The notes under the pieces are model-generated. The model did not search any database. It had not been told where the DNA came from and was given only the letters and a program-made list of their open reading frames with translations. 64,000 nucleotides of DNA from an uncultured Actinomycetota bacterium (GTDB lineage Bacteria > Actinomycetota > Actinomycetes > Mycobacteriales > Mycobacteriaceae). This document shows, piece after piece, positions 18,062 to 28,505 of this stretch. Every line of letters starts with the position of its first letter. Positions within the stretch are counted from its first letter, which is position 1. The DNA is taken from assembly GCA_963713225.1 (NCBI GenBank), contig CAVQLB010000010.1, positions 25,686 through 89,685 of the forward strand, given 5' to 3'. The position numbers and the translations under genes are program-made.

Positions 18062-19066
18062 TCAAGGGGTGTCACGACGCGACGGCGTCGGAGCGCCCAG
18101 CGTGCGCCAGTCCGGCACGTCCGGCGGCAGACCGACCGGATACCTGTTCTCGTTGGCCGCTGCCCAGTGCGCGTGGCCGAGCTCGTGAATGTGAAAGGCG
18201 TGCCGCAGCGCTTCGGTGAAGCCCATGGCGTCGCTTGCCGCGTTGACCGAATCCTTGACCAGAAGGGCTGCCATCGTGGGCCGCTCGGCGATACGGCGGG
18301 CGAAATCCAATGTCTTGTCCTCCAACTCGGCGCGGGGAAAGACCTTGGACACCATGCCAAGCCGGTACGCCTCGTCGGCATCGATCGAATCACCGGTCAG
18401 CAGAAGCTCTTTGGCCTTACGCGCACCGAATTCCCATGGATGTGCGTAATACTCGACACCCGGCATGCCCATCCGGACGGCAACGACGTCACTGAACTTC
18501 GCGTCATCGGCCGCGACGATCAGGTCGCACGCCCAGATCAGCATCAACCCGGCCGAGATGGCATTGCCCTGGACCTGCGCGATGGTGATCTTGCGCAAAT
18601 CCCGCCACCTGCGGGTGTTCTCGAAGAAGAAGTGCCATTCCTGGAGATACGTCCGTTCCGCAATGCCGGACATGGTTGAGCCGTGCGAGCGGAAGGTCGG
18701 GTGCTGCGCCGGACCGGGCTTGCGCTCGAGGAGTGCTTCCTCCGAACCCAAATCGTGGCCGGCGGAGAAGTTCTTCCCCCGCCCGGCCAGGATCACCACC
18801 CGCACGGTGTCGTCGGCCTCGGCCCTGCCGAAGGCCTCGTCCAACTGCACTAGCAGCGTGCGCGATTGCGCGTTCTGCGCGTTCGGCCGATTGAGCCAGA
18901 TACGAGCGATGCGCCCCTCGTCCAGGGTCTCGTAGGTCACCTGCTCGGCAGGCTCCTGCGGAACCGATTCGGCATTGGTCAGGTCCGGGCTCGCCACCGT
19001 GCACACCTCGTTTACGTTCGACGCTTCAGTTGTAATGCACATTACGTCTCGGCCCGCGACGTCCAT
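18062..19066 (-). CDS. Enoyl-CoA hydratase/isomerase family protein (true start probably later, e.g. GTG 18997)
   Basis: IWLNRP, FSAGHDLG, IAQVQGNAISAG, LLLTGDSIDA. Confidence 0.9.
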   Translation of the reverse strand: MDVAGRDVMCITTEASNVNEVCTVASPDLTNAESVPQEPAEQVTYETLDEGRIARIWLNRPNAQNAQSRTLLVQLDEAFGRAEADDTVRVVILAGRGKNFSAGHDLGSEEALLERKPGPAQHPTFRSHGSTMSGIAERTYLQEWHFFFENTRRWRDLRKITIAQVQGNAISAGLMLIWACDLIVAADDAKFSDVVAVRMGMPGVEYYAHPWEFGARKAKELLLTGDSIDADEAYRLGMVSKVFPRAELEDKTLDFARRIAERPTMAALLVKDSVNAASDAMGFTEALRHAFHIHELGHAHWAAANENRYPVGLPPDVPDWRTLGAPTPSRRDTP

Positions 19067-19308
19067 CGGCCGGGATCCGTGACCCCATGACCTGCCGAAA
19101 CGCCCATTTCCCGAAAAATCCGCCTACCCGTCAGGCCGGTCGGCGGAACCCGCCTTCACCGAACTGCCCAGCAGCGCCACAGCAACCTGACAGACACCTC
19201 ACAGAAATGGCACGGGCGAACCAAATTTTGTAGAGATCGGCAGGTGCACTGCGGTCGCCAGGAGTAAGCTTGTGCTAGCACAAACGAGGCCAGCAAACTA
19301 CAGAAAGC

Positions 19309-19671
19309 ATGACGATGGCGACCCTTCACCTTCCAACTCGACGACTGATCCTTGCGGGGGGATTCGCTGTCGCGATCGCTGCGGGCCCGGCGGTCGCTAT
19401 GTTCGCCGTTCCGACGATCGGTAGCTCGTCGCCGTCGATAACGGCATGCGCCGGTGGCGAGACCGAGGACCAGTTCACCAATATCTGCGTGCCCGATATC
19501 GTGCCGAATTCGCCGGAATTCACCAGCACCTCCCCCGTTGGTGGCCTTCCGGAGATCAGTGGCGTCCCGTGTACCGGACACAATTCCGGTGAGTGCATCG
19601 GCCTGGCCGAAGAGCAGCAGGCCGAAGGTCCAATCGCAGTGCCGCATTCGGAGGTGAGCTCAAGCCCGTAG
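19309..19671 (+). CDS. Small secreted 4-Cys acidic protein, paralog 2
   Basis: TRRLIL signal; CAGGETEDQFTNIC and CTGHNSGECIGLAEE. Confidence 0.8.
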   Translation: MTMATLHLPTRRLILAGGFAVAIAAGPAVAMFAVPTIGSSSPSITACAGGETEDQFTNICVPDIVPNSPEFTSTSPVGGLPEISGVPCTGHNSGECIGLAEEQQAEGPIAVPHSEVSSSP

Positions 19672-19731
19672 TGGTGGCGATGAATTGAGCGACTGAGACG
19701 CCCGATCGGCGTCCCTGGTCGATAATGGCCG

Positions 19732-19762
19732 GGCCGGACACGTTTGACGTGTCCGGCCTTTT
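19732..19762 (+). terminator. Intrinsic terminator after paralog 2
   Basis: 11-bp stem GGCCGGACACG / CGTGTCCGGCC, 5-nt loop, followed by TTTT. Confidence 0.8.
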
Positions 19763-19904
19763 GCTTTGGAGTGCCGCGTTTGTCCGCTTGGCCTGCATAA
19801 ATCGGCGGGGCGATATTGACAGGAAACTGTGCGAATGCATGCAGATTCCATTCAGTTTCCATACAATTGGCCCTAAGAGACCTGTCAGGAGAACTACAGA
19901 AAGC

Positions 19905-20315
19905 GTGACGATGGCGAACTCGAAGTTTTCAGCACGACGTTTCATCATTGCCGGTGGGTTCGCCGTCGCCGCAGCAGCAGCGCCGGCGATCGCCGTCGTA
20001 GCGATGCCAACACCTGCGGCCACACCGCTGGCCCAGTGCCCGTCCGGTGAGGAACACGACCTCTACACCGCCATCTGCATTCCGCACCTGGTGCCCAACG
20101 CCGGATCGCCCTACCAGGCGATCGGCGGCAATCCCGACCTTGCGGCGGTGACCATCCCGGGTGGCGGCGGCAGCATTCCCTGCACCGGCCACAACTCCGG
20201 GCAGTGCATCGGCCTGGCCGAAGAGGCGGCGTCCGAGGGCCCGGCGGCGGTGCCGCGGTCGACGGTCGGCAGCAGCCCCACGGTCACCGGCTCCGAAGGC
20301 ACGGTCGGCGGGTAG
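19905..20315 (+). CDS. Small secreted 4-Cys acidic protein, paralog 3
   Basis: ARRFII signal; CPSGEEHDLYTAIC and CTGHNSGQCIGLAEE. Start context nearly identical to paralog 2. Confidence 0.8.
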   Translation: MTMANSKFSARRFIIAGGFAVAAAAAPAIAVVAMPTPAATPLAQCPSGEEHDLYTAICIPHLVPNAGSPYQAIGGNPDLAAVTIPGGGGSIPCTGHNSGQCIGLAEEAASEGPAAVPRSTVGSSPTVTGSEGTVGG

Positions 20316-20365
20316 CCGCGGGCCGCGCGCCCGGTGGGCGCCTGGCCGCACGATATGGTGGTGTC

Positions 20366-20530
20366 ATGCCTGCAAAATCTGATCCCGCCGAGCTCGGCGA
20401 CGTCGAGCCGCTAGCTGACAGCACCGCCCGCCAGGCCAGGCGCGTCGTCGCCGCCTACGCGACCGACGCGGACGAGTGCCGGGTTTTCCTGTCGATGCTC
20501 GGCATTGGACCGGCGAAACAAGAGGCTTAG
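20366..20530 (+). CDS. Conserved 54-aa protein (Rv3489-like)
   Basis: MPAKSDPAELGDVEPLA...FLSMLGIGP immediately upstream of otsA, as in Mtb. Confidence 0.8.
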   Translation: MPAKSDPAELGDVEPLADSTARQARRVVAAYATDADECRVFLSMLGIGPAKQEA

Positions 20531-22000
20531 GTGAGTCCGGGGGGCGGCAAGAACGCCCGATCCGGCAACTCTGACTTCGTCGTCGTGGCCAACCGGCTGC
20601 CGATCGACATGGAGCGGCTGCCCGACGGCACCACCCAGTGGAAGCGCAGCCCCGGCGGTTTGGTGACCGCCCTCGAGCCGTTGCTGCGTCGCCGCAAAGG
20701 CGCGTGGATCGGCTGGCCTGGCATTCCGGACAGTGACGAAGACCCCATCGTCGAGGACGACCTGCACCTGTACCCGGTGCGCCTGTCTGCAGAAGACGTG
20801 GCGTTGTATTACGAGGGCTTCTCGAACGCCGCGTTGTGGCCGCTCTACCACGACGTGATCGTCAAGCCCATTTATCACCGCGAGTGGTGGGACAGCTATG
20901 TCGACGTGAATCGGCGGTTCGCCGAGGCCACGTCGCGGGCGGCCGCAGAGGGCGCGACGGTGTGGGTGCAGGACTATCAGCTGCAGTTGGTGCCGAAGAT
21001 GCTGCGGATGCTGCGACCCGATCTCACCATCGGATTCTTTCTGCACATTCCGTTTCCGCCGGTGGAGCTTTTCATGCAGATGCCATGGCGGACAGAGATC
21101 ATCGAAGGGCTGCTTGGCGCCGACCTGGTCGGCTTCCATCTGCCCGGCGGCGCCCAGAACTTCCTGATCCTGGCACGGCGCCTGGTGGGCGCGAATACCT
21201 CTCGCGCGTCGGTCGGTGTCCGATCCCGATTCGGTGAGGTCCAGATCGGCTTTCGCACAGTCAAAGTCGGCGCGTTCCCTATCTCCATCGACTCCGGGAA
21301 CCTCGACAGCAAGGCCCGCGACAGAAGCATCCGCCGCCGCGCGCGGGAGATCCGCGGCGAGCTCGGCAACCCACGCAAGATCCTGCTCGGCGTCGACCGG
21401 CTCGACTACACCAAGGGCATAGACGTTCGGCTGAAAGCGTTTTCGGAGCTGCTGGCCGAAGGCCGCGTCAAACGCGACGACACGGTACTCGTGCAACTGG
21501 CCACACCGAGCCGCGAACGCGTCGAGAGCTACATACAGATGCGCGAGGACATCGAGCGTCAGGTCGGCCACATCAACGGCGAATACGGTGAGGTCGGACA
21601 GCCGCTGGTGCACTACCTGCACCGACCCGTACCCCGCGACGAGTTAATCGCATTCTTCGTGGCTGCCGATGTCATGCTGGTGACACCGCTGCGAGACGGC
21701 ATGAACCTGGTGGCAAAGGAATACGTAGCCTGCCGCAGCGATCTCGGCGGCGCCCTTGTACTCAGTGAATTCACCGGCGCCGCAGCCGAACTCCGCCAGG
21801 CTTACCTGACCAACCCGCACCACCTCGAGGGCGTCAAGGACGCGATCGAGGAAGCACTCAACCAGACACCCGAAGAGGGCAGGCGCAGAATGCGGGCGTT
21901 GCGCAGACAGGTGCTCGCCCACGACGTCGACCGCTGGGCGCGGTCATTCCTCGAAGCTCTTGCGGCGACGCAAACGGGTGACGCGGTCAGATCGGGGTGA
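20531..22000 (+). CDS. otsA: Trehalose-6-phosphate synthase
   Basis: [42 protein letters not shown]. Confidence 0.97.
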   Translation: MSPGGGKNARSGNSDFVVVANRLPIDMERLPDGTTQWKRSPGGLVTALEPLLRRRKGAWIGWPGIPDSDEDPIVEDDLHLYPVRLSAEDVALYYEGFSNAALWPLYHDVIVKPIYHREWWDSYVDVNRRFAEATSRAAAEGATVWVQDYQLQLVPKMLRMLRPDLTIGFFLHIPFPPVELFMQMPWRTEIIEGLLGADLVGFHLPGGAQNFLILARRLVGANTSRASVGVRSRFGEVQIGFRTVKVGAFPISIDSGNLDSKARDRSIRRRAREIRGELGNPRKILLGVDRLDYTKGIDVRLKAFSELLAEGRVKRDDTVLVQLATPSRERVESYIQMREDIERQVGHINGEYGEVGQPLVHYLHRPVPRDELIAFFVAADVMLVTPLRDGMNLVAKEYVACRSDLGGALVLSEFTGAAAELRQAYLTNPHHLEGVKDAIEEALNQTPEEGRRRMRALRRQVLAHDVDRWARSFLEALAATQTGDAVRSG

Positions 22001-22481
22001 TGTAGTTGATCAGCCATTCGCCGTCGACCTTGACGTAATCCACCTTCAGCCGACTGCCGTCATACACCGGCTTCTTGGACTTGTCGGTCACCGTCCGGTT
22101 CAAATACACCATGACCGAACCCGAATTCCGTTGTGCACTCAGCACTCCCACCCCGACCTCATTGGCCTGGCTGACCAACTGCCGCTCCCTCGCCTGGGGG
22201 ATGATGTCCTTGTTCGCACGCTCTTGGAACTCCCGACGGTAGGTCGGCGTGAGGTATGGATAGATATCGTTGAGGCTTCGTTCGACCGTCTGATAGTCGT
22301 ATCCGAACACCTTAGGGATCTGCTCCTTCGCCTTTTCCGCGAGCGTGATCCGCGCATCCTTTTCGCCTTGAATCTCAACCTGACTCCAGTAGAGCCAGCC
22401 TCCGACGCCGGCCAGCGCGACAAAGCCGCACGCCAGCAAGATCGACAACGCGCCAACCAGCTTGGCGCTCCGGCTTTTCAT
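21987..22481 (-). CDS. Mce4-associated membrane protein (Rv3492c-like)
   Basis: Single N-terminal [18 protein letters not shown]; last gene of the mce4 operon; TGATG overlap with the upstream gene. Confidence 0.85.
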   Translation of the reverse strand: MKSRSAKLVGALSILLACGFVALAGVGGWLYWSQVEIQGEKDARITLAEKAKEQIPKVFGYDYQTVERSLNDIYPYLTPTYRREFQERANKDIIPQARERQLVSQANEVGVGVLSAQRNSGSVMVYLNRTVTDKSKKPVYDGSRLKVDYVKVDGEWLINYITPI

Positions 22482-23170
22482 CAGTTGCCCCCGTCGGGGT
22501 ACTTGAGGTCGTAGAACGTCATGTGGCCGTTGTCGTCCTCTTTCACGGTGACCCGCAGTCGATAGGGCTTGGACGGCGCATTGTTCCCGTCGAGGTCGGT
22601 GACCGTCACCCGCACCGCCACCAGGACGTCGGCCGTCTTGGCGAGCTCGTCGACATCCCCCTCCATGGCGGCACCGTTGATGACGGCTTCGGCACTGGCA
22701 TTCGTGTCCCGGAAGAGCAGCTTGAGGTTCTCGGCGTTCTCGCCCTGGCTCATCATGTCGCGCAACGGCCCGCTGGTGCTGTTGACGAACCGGTCGACGC
22801 TGTCGTCGATGGTGTTCTGCGTGTAGCTGAACATGTTCACCACGAACTGCGATGCGGTGTCGACGTACATCTGGTCTTTGGCCGCGTCGGCTTCCTCGTT
22901 GCGTTGGTGTGCGGCCGCCCACGCGACGGCGCCGGCCAGCACGAGCACCGCTACCGAGACGGAGATCAGAGACACCACGGCGGCCAACGCCCGGTGAGGC
23001 TGCCGCCGTGGTGGAGGACCTGCAGGCCGTGTCAACCGGACCTTGACGCTCTTCGGCGTCTCGACGGGCACTCCCGTCGACGCAGCCGTCGCACCACTCG
23101 CCGGTCCGGCCGCCCTGGACGCACGCCGCCGCGCCGACGACTTCGAAGTCGAAGTCGTGTCTTCCGTCAT
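22481..23170 (-). CDS. Mce4-associated membrane protein (Rv3493c-like)
   Basis: Basic N-tail, TM segment, NMFSY, PYRLRVTV; follows mce4F. Confidence 0.85.
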   Translation of the reverse strand: MTEDTTSTSKSSARRRASRAAGPASGATAASTGVPVETPKSVKVRLTRPAGPPPRRQPHRALAAVVSLISVSVAVLVLAGAVAWAAAHQRNEEADAAKDQMYVDTASQFVVNMFSYTQNTIDDSVDRFVNSTSGPLRDMMSQGENAENLKLLFRDTNASAEAVINGAAMEGDVDELAKTADVLVAVRVTVTDLDGNNAPSKPYRLRVTVKEDDNGHMTFYDLKYPDGGN

Positions 23171-24863
23171 TTATGCCTGCCTTGGAGCCAACATCAGATC
23201 AACCCAGTTCTCCGCGGGCGCCAGTTTGTCAGTACCGCCTGCGAACACGCCAGTTCCCCCGGCCGGGTCGACGAAAGTCCCGCTCTGGTCATAGGTCGCG
23301 ATGTCCGGCCCGCTTGCGACCGGCGGCGCCTCGGCGGGCAGTGGCTGCCCATCCGCAGGCGGTTCACCGGGTAGCGGCAGCGGGCGGCGGTGGCGGCGTC
23401 CTGCCGTACGGCGGCACCACCTGATCGGGCGGCGCGTAGAACGGCAACGGCGGGGGCAACGGACCGGGCTCATTCGGCGGCACCGGTAGCGGGAACGGCC
23501 CGTGTGGCGCAGGACCGGGTCCAGGTGGGACACCCGGCGGCAGCTGCAACACCGGCGGCCCGGGATCCGGGTCCACCTGCGGCGGTATGAACGGAAACTT
23601 GTTCTGCGGCAGGATCATCCGCGGATCATTGATGGGCACGCTGCCGTACGGAATCGGTGGACCTCGCCACGGATTGCTGCCCACCGGGACGTAGCCCTTC
23701 GGGTCACGGCACAGCTGGATGGTGGGGGCCCTCTTACCGGGGAACTCCTGGCAGGGGTAATTGCGCGCGCCGCGCACCACGGAGGGATCGTTCTGCGCGG
23801 TCTTGCAGAACAGGTCGGGGGGCAGTTCCCGCAGCGTGGTGTCGGCCGGAGAACGGATCTGCGAGGCGGGGACGAACCCTGTCGTACAGGGTGGCGGATC
23901 CTGCAGGTGGATCTTGAAGTCCAGCTTTCCGCCCTCATCGGACGGCACGCCACCGGCGACGGTGCCCAACGCGGCGATCAGCGCAGGGAAGATCACCAGC
24001 GCCTGTTCCAGAGACTTGCTGTAGATCACGCCGATCCTGCCGAAGTTCGCCAGGTTCGCGGCCAGCACCGGGAAGGACGGCCGGATACCGCTGAACGTCT
24101 CGTTCGCCGCTTCGGTGGCTCCCGGGACGGTTTGCAACGTCGACCGCAACTGTGGGTCTGCGTTGGCGACTTCCCCGGTGAACCGGGCAAGGCCGTCCGC
24201 CAGCGACTTGATGTCGTCGCCGCCGCGGATCTGCGCGTCGAGGAACGGACCCGCCTGGTCGATCAACTGCGTGACTTGCCCGTAGTTGGCATTGGCCTCG
24301 TCGACAAGAAGGCGGGACGACTGGATCAGCCTGGCCAGCTCGGGCCCAGATCCGTTGAAAGCCTTGAACGTCTCACGCAGCAGGTCCTGCAGCCGCGTAT
24401 CACCCACGCTGCTGATCAGCTTGTCGGCCTCGTCGAGCAGACCAGAGATGTCCTGCCCGATCGCCGTGCGGTCCTTGCTGATGCTCGCTCCGTTGCGGAG
24501 CTTCGCCGACGAGGGTTTCTCCGGTGGCACCAGGTCGATGTACTGCTCGCCGACGGCCGACACGCTCTTCACTGTGGCGGTGACGTTGTCGGGTACCGGC
24601 GTGCCGCTGTTGAGCCTCATGTGGGCGACGACACCGTCGTCCGTCAGCCCGACCGACTCCACCCGCCCGACCGTCACGCCGCGGTAGGTGACGTTGGCGT
24701 TCTCGTATAGACCGCCGCCTGCCACGAAATTCGCGTCGACCTTGTAGGCGCCGATGCCGGCTGCGGCAGGCAGATGCAGATAGAAGATCGAAATCGCGCC
24801 GACGGTGAGCACTGTGACGACCGCGAAGATCGACAGTTGAAGACGAGTCAGCCGGTCCAACAT
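23171..24863 (-). CDS. mce4F: Mce4F; Pro-rich C-terminus frameshifted as assembled (~23383)
   Basis: MLDRLTRLQL, GGGLYENANVTYRGV; conserved tail YDQSGTFVDPAGGTG...WVDLML sits in another frame. Confidence 0.9.
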
Positions 24864-26056
24864 CAGGGTCCCTCGTCGTGTTGGGTCGCCGTACCCGGCG
24901 GGATCTTGAACGGATCGGCGGCCTGTCCCGACAGATTCGCCAAAGCACCGGTGAGGAAGTCGGGCGGATTGATGACCTCGCTCATGTGAGCCATGTTCGT
25001 GTCGAGCCCCCACGCCGTGGTGAATACCGACTCACCGAGCCGACGCAACGTCAGGTCGAAGGTGGTGTACACGTTCAGGTAGTCGCCGCGGACCGCTCGC
25101 CTCAGATACTTGTAGTGGAACGGGAAGGTCGGAAGGAACTCGAGGTCCTTGATGAGGAAATCGACATTGTCGTTGAACGACTTGATGACCGGGTAGAGGT
25201 CCTTGAAGTCGGCGGCAAAGTCGTCCTTCGTCTGCGCCAGGATGTTCGAGGCGATGCCGGCAAAGCGCTGCAGGGCGCCGAATGCGTCGACGATGCTGCC
25301 GCGGTTCTTGTTCAACACCTCGAGCGCTGCGGGCAGCGTGTCGAGCGTGCGCCCGAGACTGTCCTTGCTGCGCGCCAGGATTCCGGCGAAGCGGTCCAGC
25401 CCTTCCGCGGCCGCGATGATGTCGTTGGTCTGCTGATCGAGCGATGTCGTCAGCTCCGCCAGCCGGGGCACCAGATCGGTGAAACTGCCCTGGCGGCCTG
25501 CGACGGCGTTGTATGCCTCGTCGGTGATGTCCTGCAGCGCACCGAGATTGCCCTTGTTCACCACGACGCCGAGCGAGGAGAGAACTTCCTCGGTGGTCGG
25601 ATAGCGACCGGTGCGGTCCAGCGGAATCTGCGAGCCGTCCTTGAGCCGGCCGACCCCCTTCTGGTCCGCCGGCTCCGCCAACTCGACGTGCTGGGAACCG
25701 AGTAGCGAGGTCTGGGCAACCGTGGCCGTGGCATTCTCGGGCAGCTTGACGTTCTCGTCCAGCGACAGCTGCACGGCCGCATAGAACGTGCCGTCCGCAC
25801 GCTGGACCGCCTCGATTCCCGACACACTGCCCACGGTGACGTCATCGACCATCACCGGCGAGTTCTGCGGCAGCGTGGCGACGTCGGGAAGCTGGACTGT
25901 GATCTTGTAGGAGCCCGAACCATGTCCGGACGTGCCCGGCATGTCGAGCGAGTTCAGGCCGCCGAACGAGCACCCGGCGAGCAGCGCGGCACCAGCGCCG
26001 ATACCCACCGTCCGCTGGGCGGCTCGTGTTGCCTTGGCGCGCAGCAATTTACTCAT
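24863..26056 (-). CDS. mce4E: Mce4E / LprN lipoprotein
   Basis: Lipobox LLAGC, NSPVMVDDVTVG, QTSLLGSQHVEL. Confidence 0.92.
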   Translation of the reverse strand: MSKLLRAKATRAAQRTVGIGAGAALLAGCSFGGLNSLDMPGTSGHGSGSYKITVQLPDVATLPQNSPVMVDDVTVGSVSGIEAVQRADGTFYAAVQLSLDENVKLPENATATVAQTSLLGSQHVELAEPADQKGVGRLKDGSQIPLDRTGRYPTTEEVLSSLGVVVNKGNLGALQDITDEAYNAVAGRQGSFTDLVPRLAELTTSLDQQTNDIIAAAEGLDRFAGILARSKDSLGRTLDTLPAALEVLNKNRGSIVDAFGALQRFAGIASNILAQTKDDFAADFKDLYPVIKSFNDNVDFLIKDLEFLPTFPFHYKYLRRAVRGDYLNVYTTFDLTLRRLGESVFTTAWGLDTNMAHMSEVINPPDFLTGALANLSGQAADPFKIPPGTATQHDEGP

Positions 26057-27450
26057 CCCCCACCGCCCTCCGCTGGGAGCGGCGCGGCAGGCGGCGGTGC
26101 GGGAACCTGCGCATTCGGGTCTGCAGGCGCCGCCTCCGGGCCACCGGCATGTGACGTCGACTGTGCCGGTGGCACCATCAGCGAACTGAGGTCGGTTTCG
26201 GCGGACACCTGCGGCGGTGTCACTCCCGGCGCGGCCTGCCACTGCAGATACGGCACCGGCGTCTGCGCTTTCGCCTCGGTTTCCGGTGTGTCGTAAATGA
26301 TCTGGCCCTTGTAGGCGGTGATGCTGTTGATCGGGTGGAACAGGAATGGCGGGAAGTTCATCGTGATTCGCCTGAGCACCGGACCCATTCGCTGCCTGCA
26401 TATTTCGGCGCGCTTGTAGTTGTCGGTGGACGTACCGGCATCGAAGACGCCACCACAGATGAACTGAACCGGGTTGGCGAAGTTGGGCAGGGTGAGCAGG
26501 CCGCCGACCGTCCCCTGCGCCGGGTTGTAGATGTTGTAAAAGTTGGCAAGACCGTTGGGCGTGATGTGCAGGATCTGCTCGATGTCGTCGCTGTGCTCGG
26601 TGAGGATGCTGGTGAAGTCGGCCAGCTTGTTCACCTGGCCGATCAGCGCCTCGTTGCTTTCGTTCAGGAATCCGCGGACATCGCCCAATGCCTGGTTGAG
26701 AGTGCCGAGTGTGTTGTCCAGATCCGACGAGCTGTCGGCGAGAACCTGTGAAACGGAGGCAACGTGGTTGGAGAACTGCACGATCTGTTCGTTGCTGTTC
26801 GACAGGGCGTTAATCAGCACCTGCAGATTGCGGAGAGTGCCGAACAAATCGGTACGCGAGTCACCCAGCCGGCCCGCTGTCTGCGACAGCTCTCGCAGGG
26901 CCTGCCGAAACGAGTCGCCGTTTCCGTCGAAGGTGTCGGCGGCCTGATTCACGAACGAGCTCAGCGGGCCCTGCATAGCGCCCTGCTGCGGTCCGAGTTG
27001 CCTACTCAGCGCTGTCAGCTGTTCCTTGACGTCGTCCCATTCGACGGGCACTGCGGTGCGGTCCAACCCGATGCTCGCGCCATCGGCCAGAGCGGGGCCT
27101 CCGGTGTAGGCGGGCGCCAGCTGAACGAACCTTGCGGACACCAGATTCGGGGAAATGACGAGGGCCTTCGCGTCGGCGGGTAACTTCACCCCGTCCTGCA
27201 CGGTCATGGTGATCTTCACGTCGCTCGCCCGCGGTTCGATCGAGTCGATCTTGCCTACCGGCACACCGACGACGCGGACATCGTCACCTGGATAGAGGCC
27301 GACCGCGGAGGTGAAATACCCGACGATCTTGTGGCCGGTGCGAGACGGCCACACCAGGTACACCCCGACGGCAAGCACTGCCACCAGCACGACGGCCAGC
27401 GCCATCCGCAGCCAGCGGCCGCGGTCCGAGGACGAATTCGCGTAGGTCAT
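26053..27450 (-). CDS. mce4D: Mce4D
   Basis: GLYPGDDVRVVGVPVG, NFANPVQFICG; operon position. Confidence 0.92.
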   Translation of the reverse strand: MTYANSSSDRGRWLRMALAVVLVAVLAVGVYLVWPSRTGHKIVGYFTSAVGLYPGDDVRVVGVPVGKIDSIEPRASDVKITMTVQDGVKLPADAKALVISPNLVSARFVQLAPAYTGGPALADGASIGLDRTAVPVEWDDVKEQLTALSRQLGPQQGAMQGPLSSFVNQAADTFDGNGDSFRQALRELSQTAGRLGDSRTDLFGTLRNLQVLINALSNSNEQIVQFSNHVASVSQVLADSSSDLDNTLGTLNQALGDVRGFLNESNEALIGQVNKLADFTSILTEHSDDIEQILHITPNGLANFYNIYNPAQGTVGGLLTLPNFANPVQFICGGVFDAGTSTDNYKRAEICRQRMGPVLRRITMNFPPFLFHPINSITAYKGQIIYDTPETEAKAQTPVPYLQWQAAPGVTPPQVSAETDLSSLMVPPAQSTSHAGGPEAAPADPNAQVPAPPPAAPLPAEGGGG

Positions 27451-28505
27451 GGTGACTTCGGCCTGATGATCAATCGCTCGGAAATGTAGCCCTTGAGCAT
27501 GTCGGAAAGGCTGTCCGGCAGCTTGCCCGGCTGGAAGTAGGTATCGAACAACACTTCTGCGATCGGCGCAGGCGGCAGGCCGTACAGGTTGATCTGGAAT
27601 CCGGGGCCCGAACCGACCACCTCACCGAGCGCCGTCGCATAGGGCGGCAGCCGCTTCAGCGCTTCGCCGATGTGGTCGCGTCGCTCGAGGAGGTTGTCCA
27701 TCACCAGGTTCAACTTCTCCAGGGCGGGCTTGAACTCGCGCCGGTTGTCGGCCACGAATCCCGAAAGCTGCTGGGAAACATCATCGATACCGGCAATCAG
27801 GTTGCTCAGCGCCTGCCTGCGCTCGTCGAGTGCGGCGAACAGCAGGTTTCCGTCGAGGACCAACTGGTTCACCTGGCCCGCCCGCTGGCCCAGCGTGTCG
27901 GACACCTTCTTGGCATGTCCGAGAAGCTGTTCCAGCGCCTCATCGCGTTTGTTGATGCTGCGCGACAGGTTCGTGACACCGTCGAGCGCGCCGCGCAACT
28001 GCGGGGTCGCGTCACTGAGCGAGGCCGTGAGCGTCTGCAGCGCCTCCTCGAAGCGCGGCTTGTCCAACTCGCCGACATTCTGACCGAGATCCTGCAACGC
28101 CGTGTTAAGGGTGTATGGAGTCGTGGTGCGGCCCAACGGGATAACCGTGGACTGGCCGCCGCCACGGGGCGTGACAGCCAGCGACTTCTCGCCCAGCACA
28201 GTGTCAGTCTTGATCGCTACCAGTGACTGGTCGCCGACCTTGACGTCCCGATTGACGGTGAACGTCACCTTCGCCGTGTCGCCTGCCAGCGCCACACCGG
28301 TTACCTTGCCGACGTTGATACCGGACACGTTCACGTCGCTGCCCGGCGAGATACCACCCGCGTCGGTGAAGTATGCCTCGAACGGTTTACCCTGCGGCCA
28401 GAACGGCAGGCTGGTGTAGCCGAACGAGACCAGCACCAGGCACGCCACCAGGGCAATACCGAATATCCCGGTGCGCAACGGGTTTCCGCTGTCGGGCCTA
28501 GCCAT
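27447..28505 (-). CDS. mce4C: Mce4C
   Basis: FTDAGGISPG, IKTDTVLG; operon position. Confidence 0.92.
   Translation of the reverse strand: MARPDSGNPLRTGIFGIALVACLVLVSFGYTSLPFWPQGKPFEAYFTDAGGISPGSDVNVSGINVGKVTGVALAGDTAKVTFTVNRDVKVGDQSLVAIKTDTVLGEKSLAVTPRGGGQSTVIPLGRTTTPYTLNTALQDLGQNVGELDKPRFEEALQTLTASLSDATPQLRGALDGVTNLSRSINKRDEALEQLLGHAKKVSDTLGQRAGQVNQLVLDGNLLFAALDERRQALSNLIAGIDDVSQQLSGFVADNRREFKPALEKLNLVMDNLLERRDHIGEALKRLPPYATALGEVVGSGPGFQINLYGLPPAPIAEVLFDTYFQPGKLPDSLSDMLKGYISERLIIRPKSP

Noticed and set aside
19070-19300. Riboswitch upstream of the secreted-protein genes
   Set aside because: Only short hairpins (e.g. GGCGG-AAC-CCGCC); no conserved riboswitch motif recognised.
23171-23640. 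Novel repeat protein in the Pro-rich stretch
   Set aside because: This is the normal Pro-rich C-terminus of Mce4F.
23502-24710. Long antisense ORFs (also 14472-15722, 20411-21622, 34103-35002, 43452-44816, 52611-53471)
   Set aside because: Shadow ORFs opposite clearly identified genes, expected in high-GC DNA.
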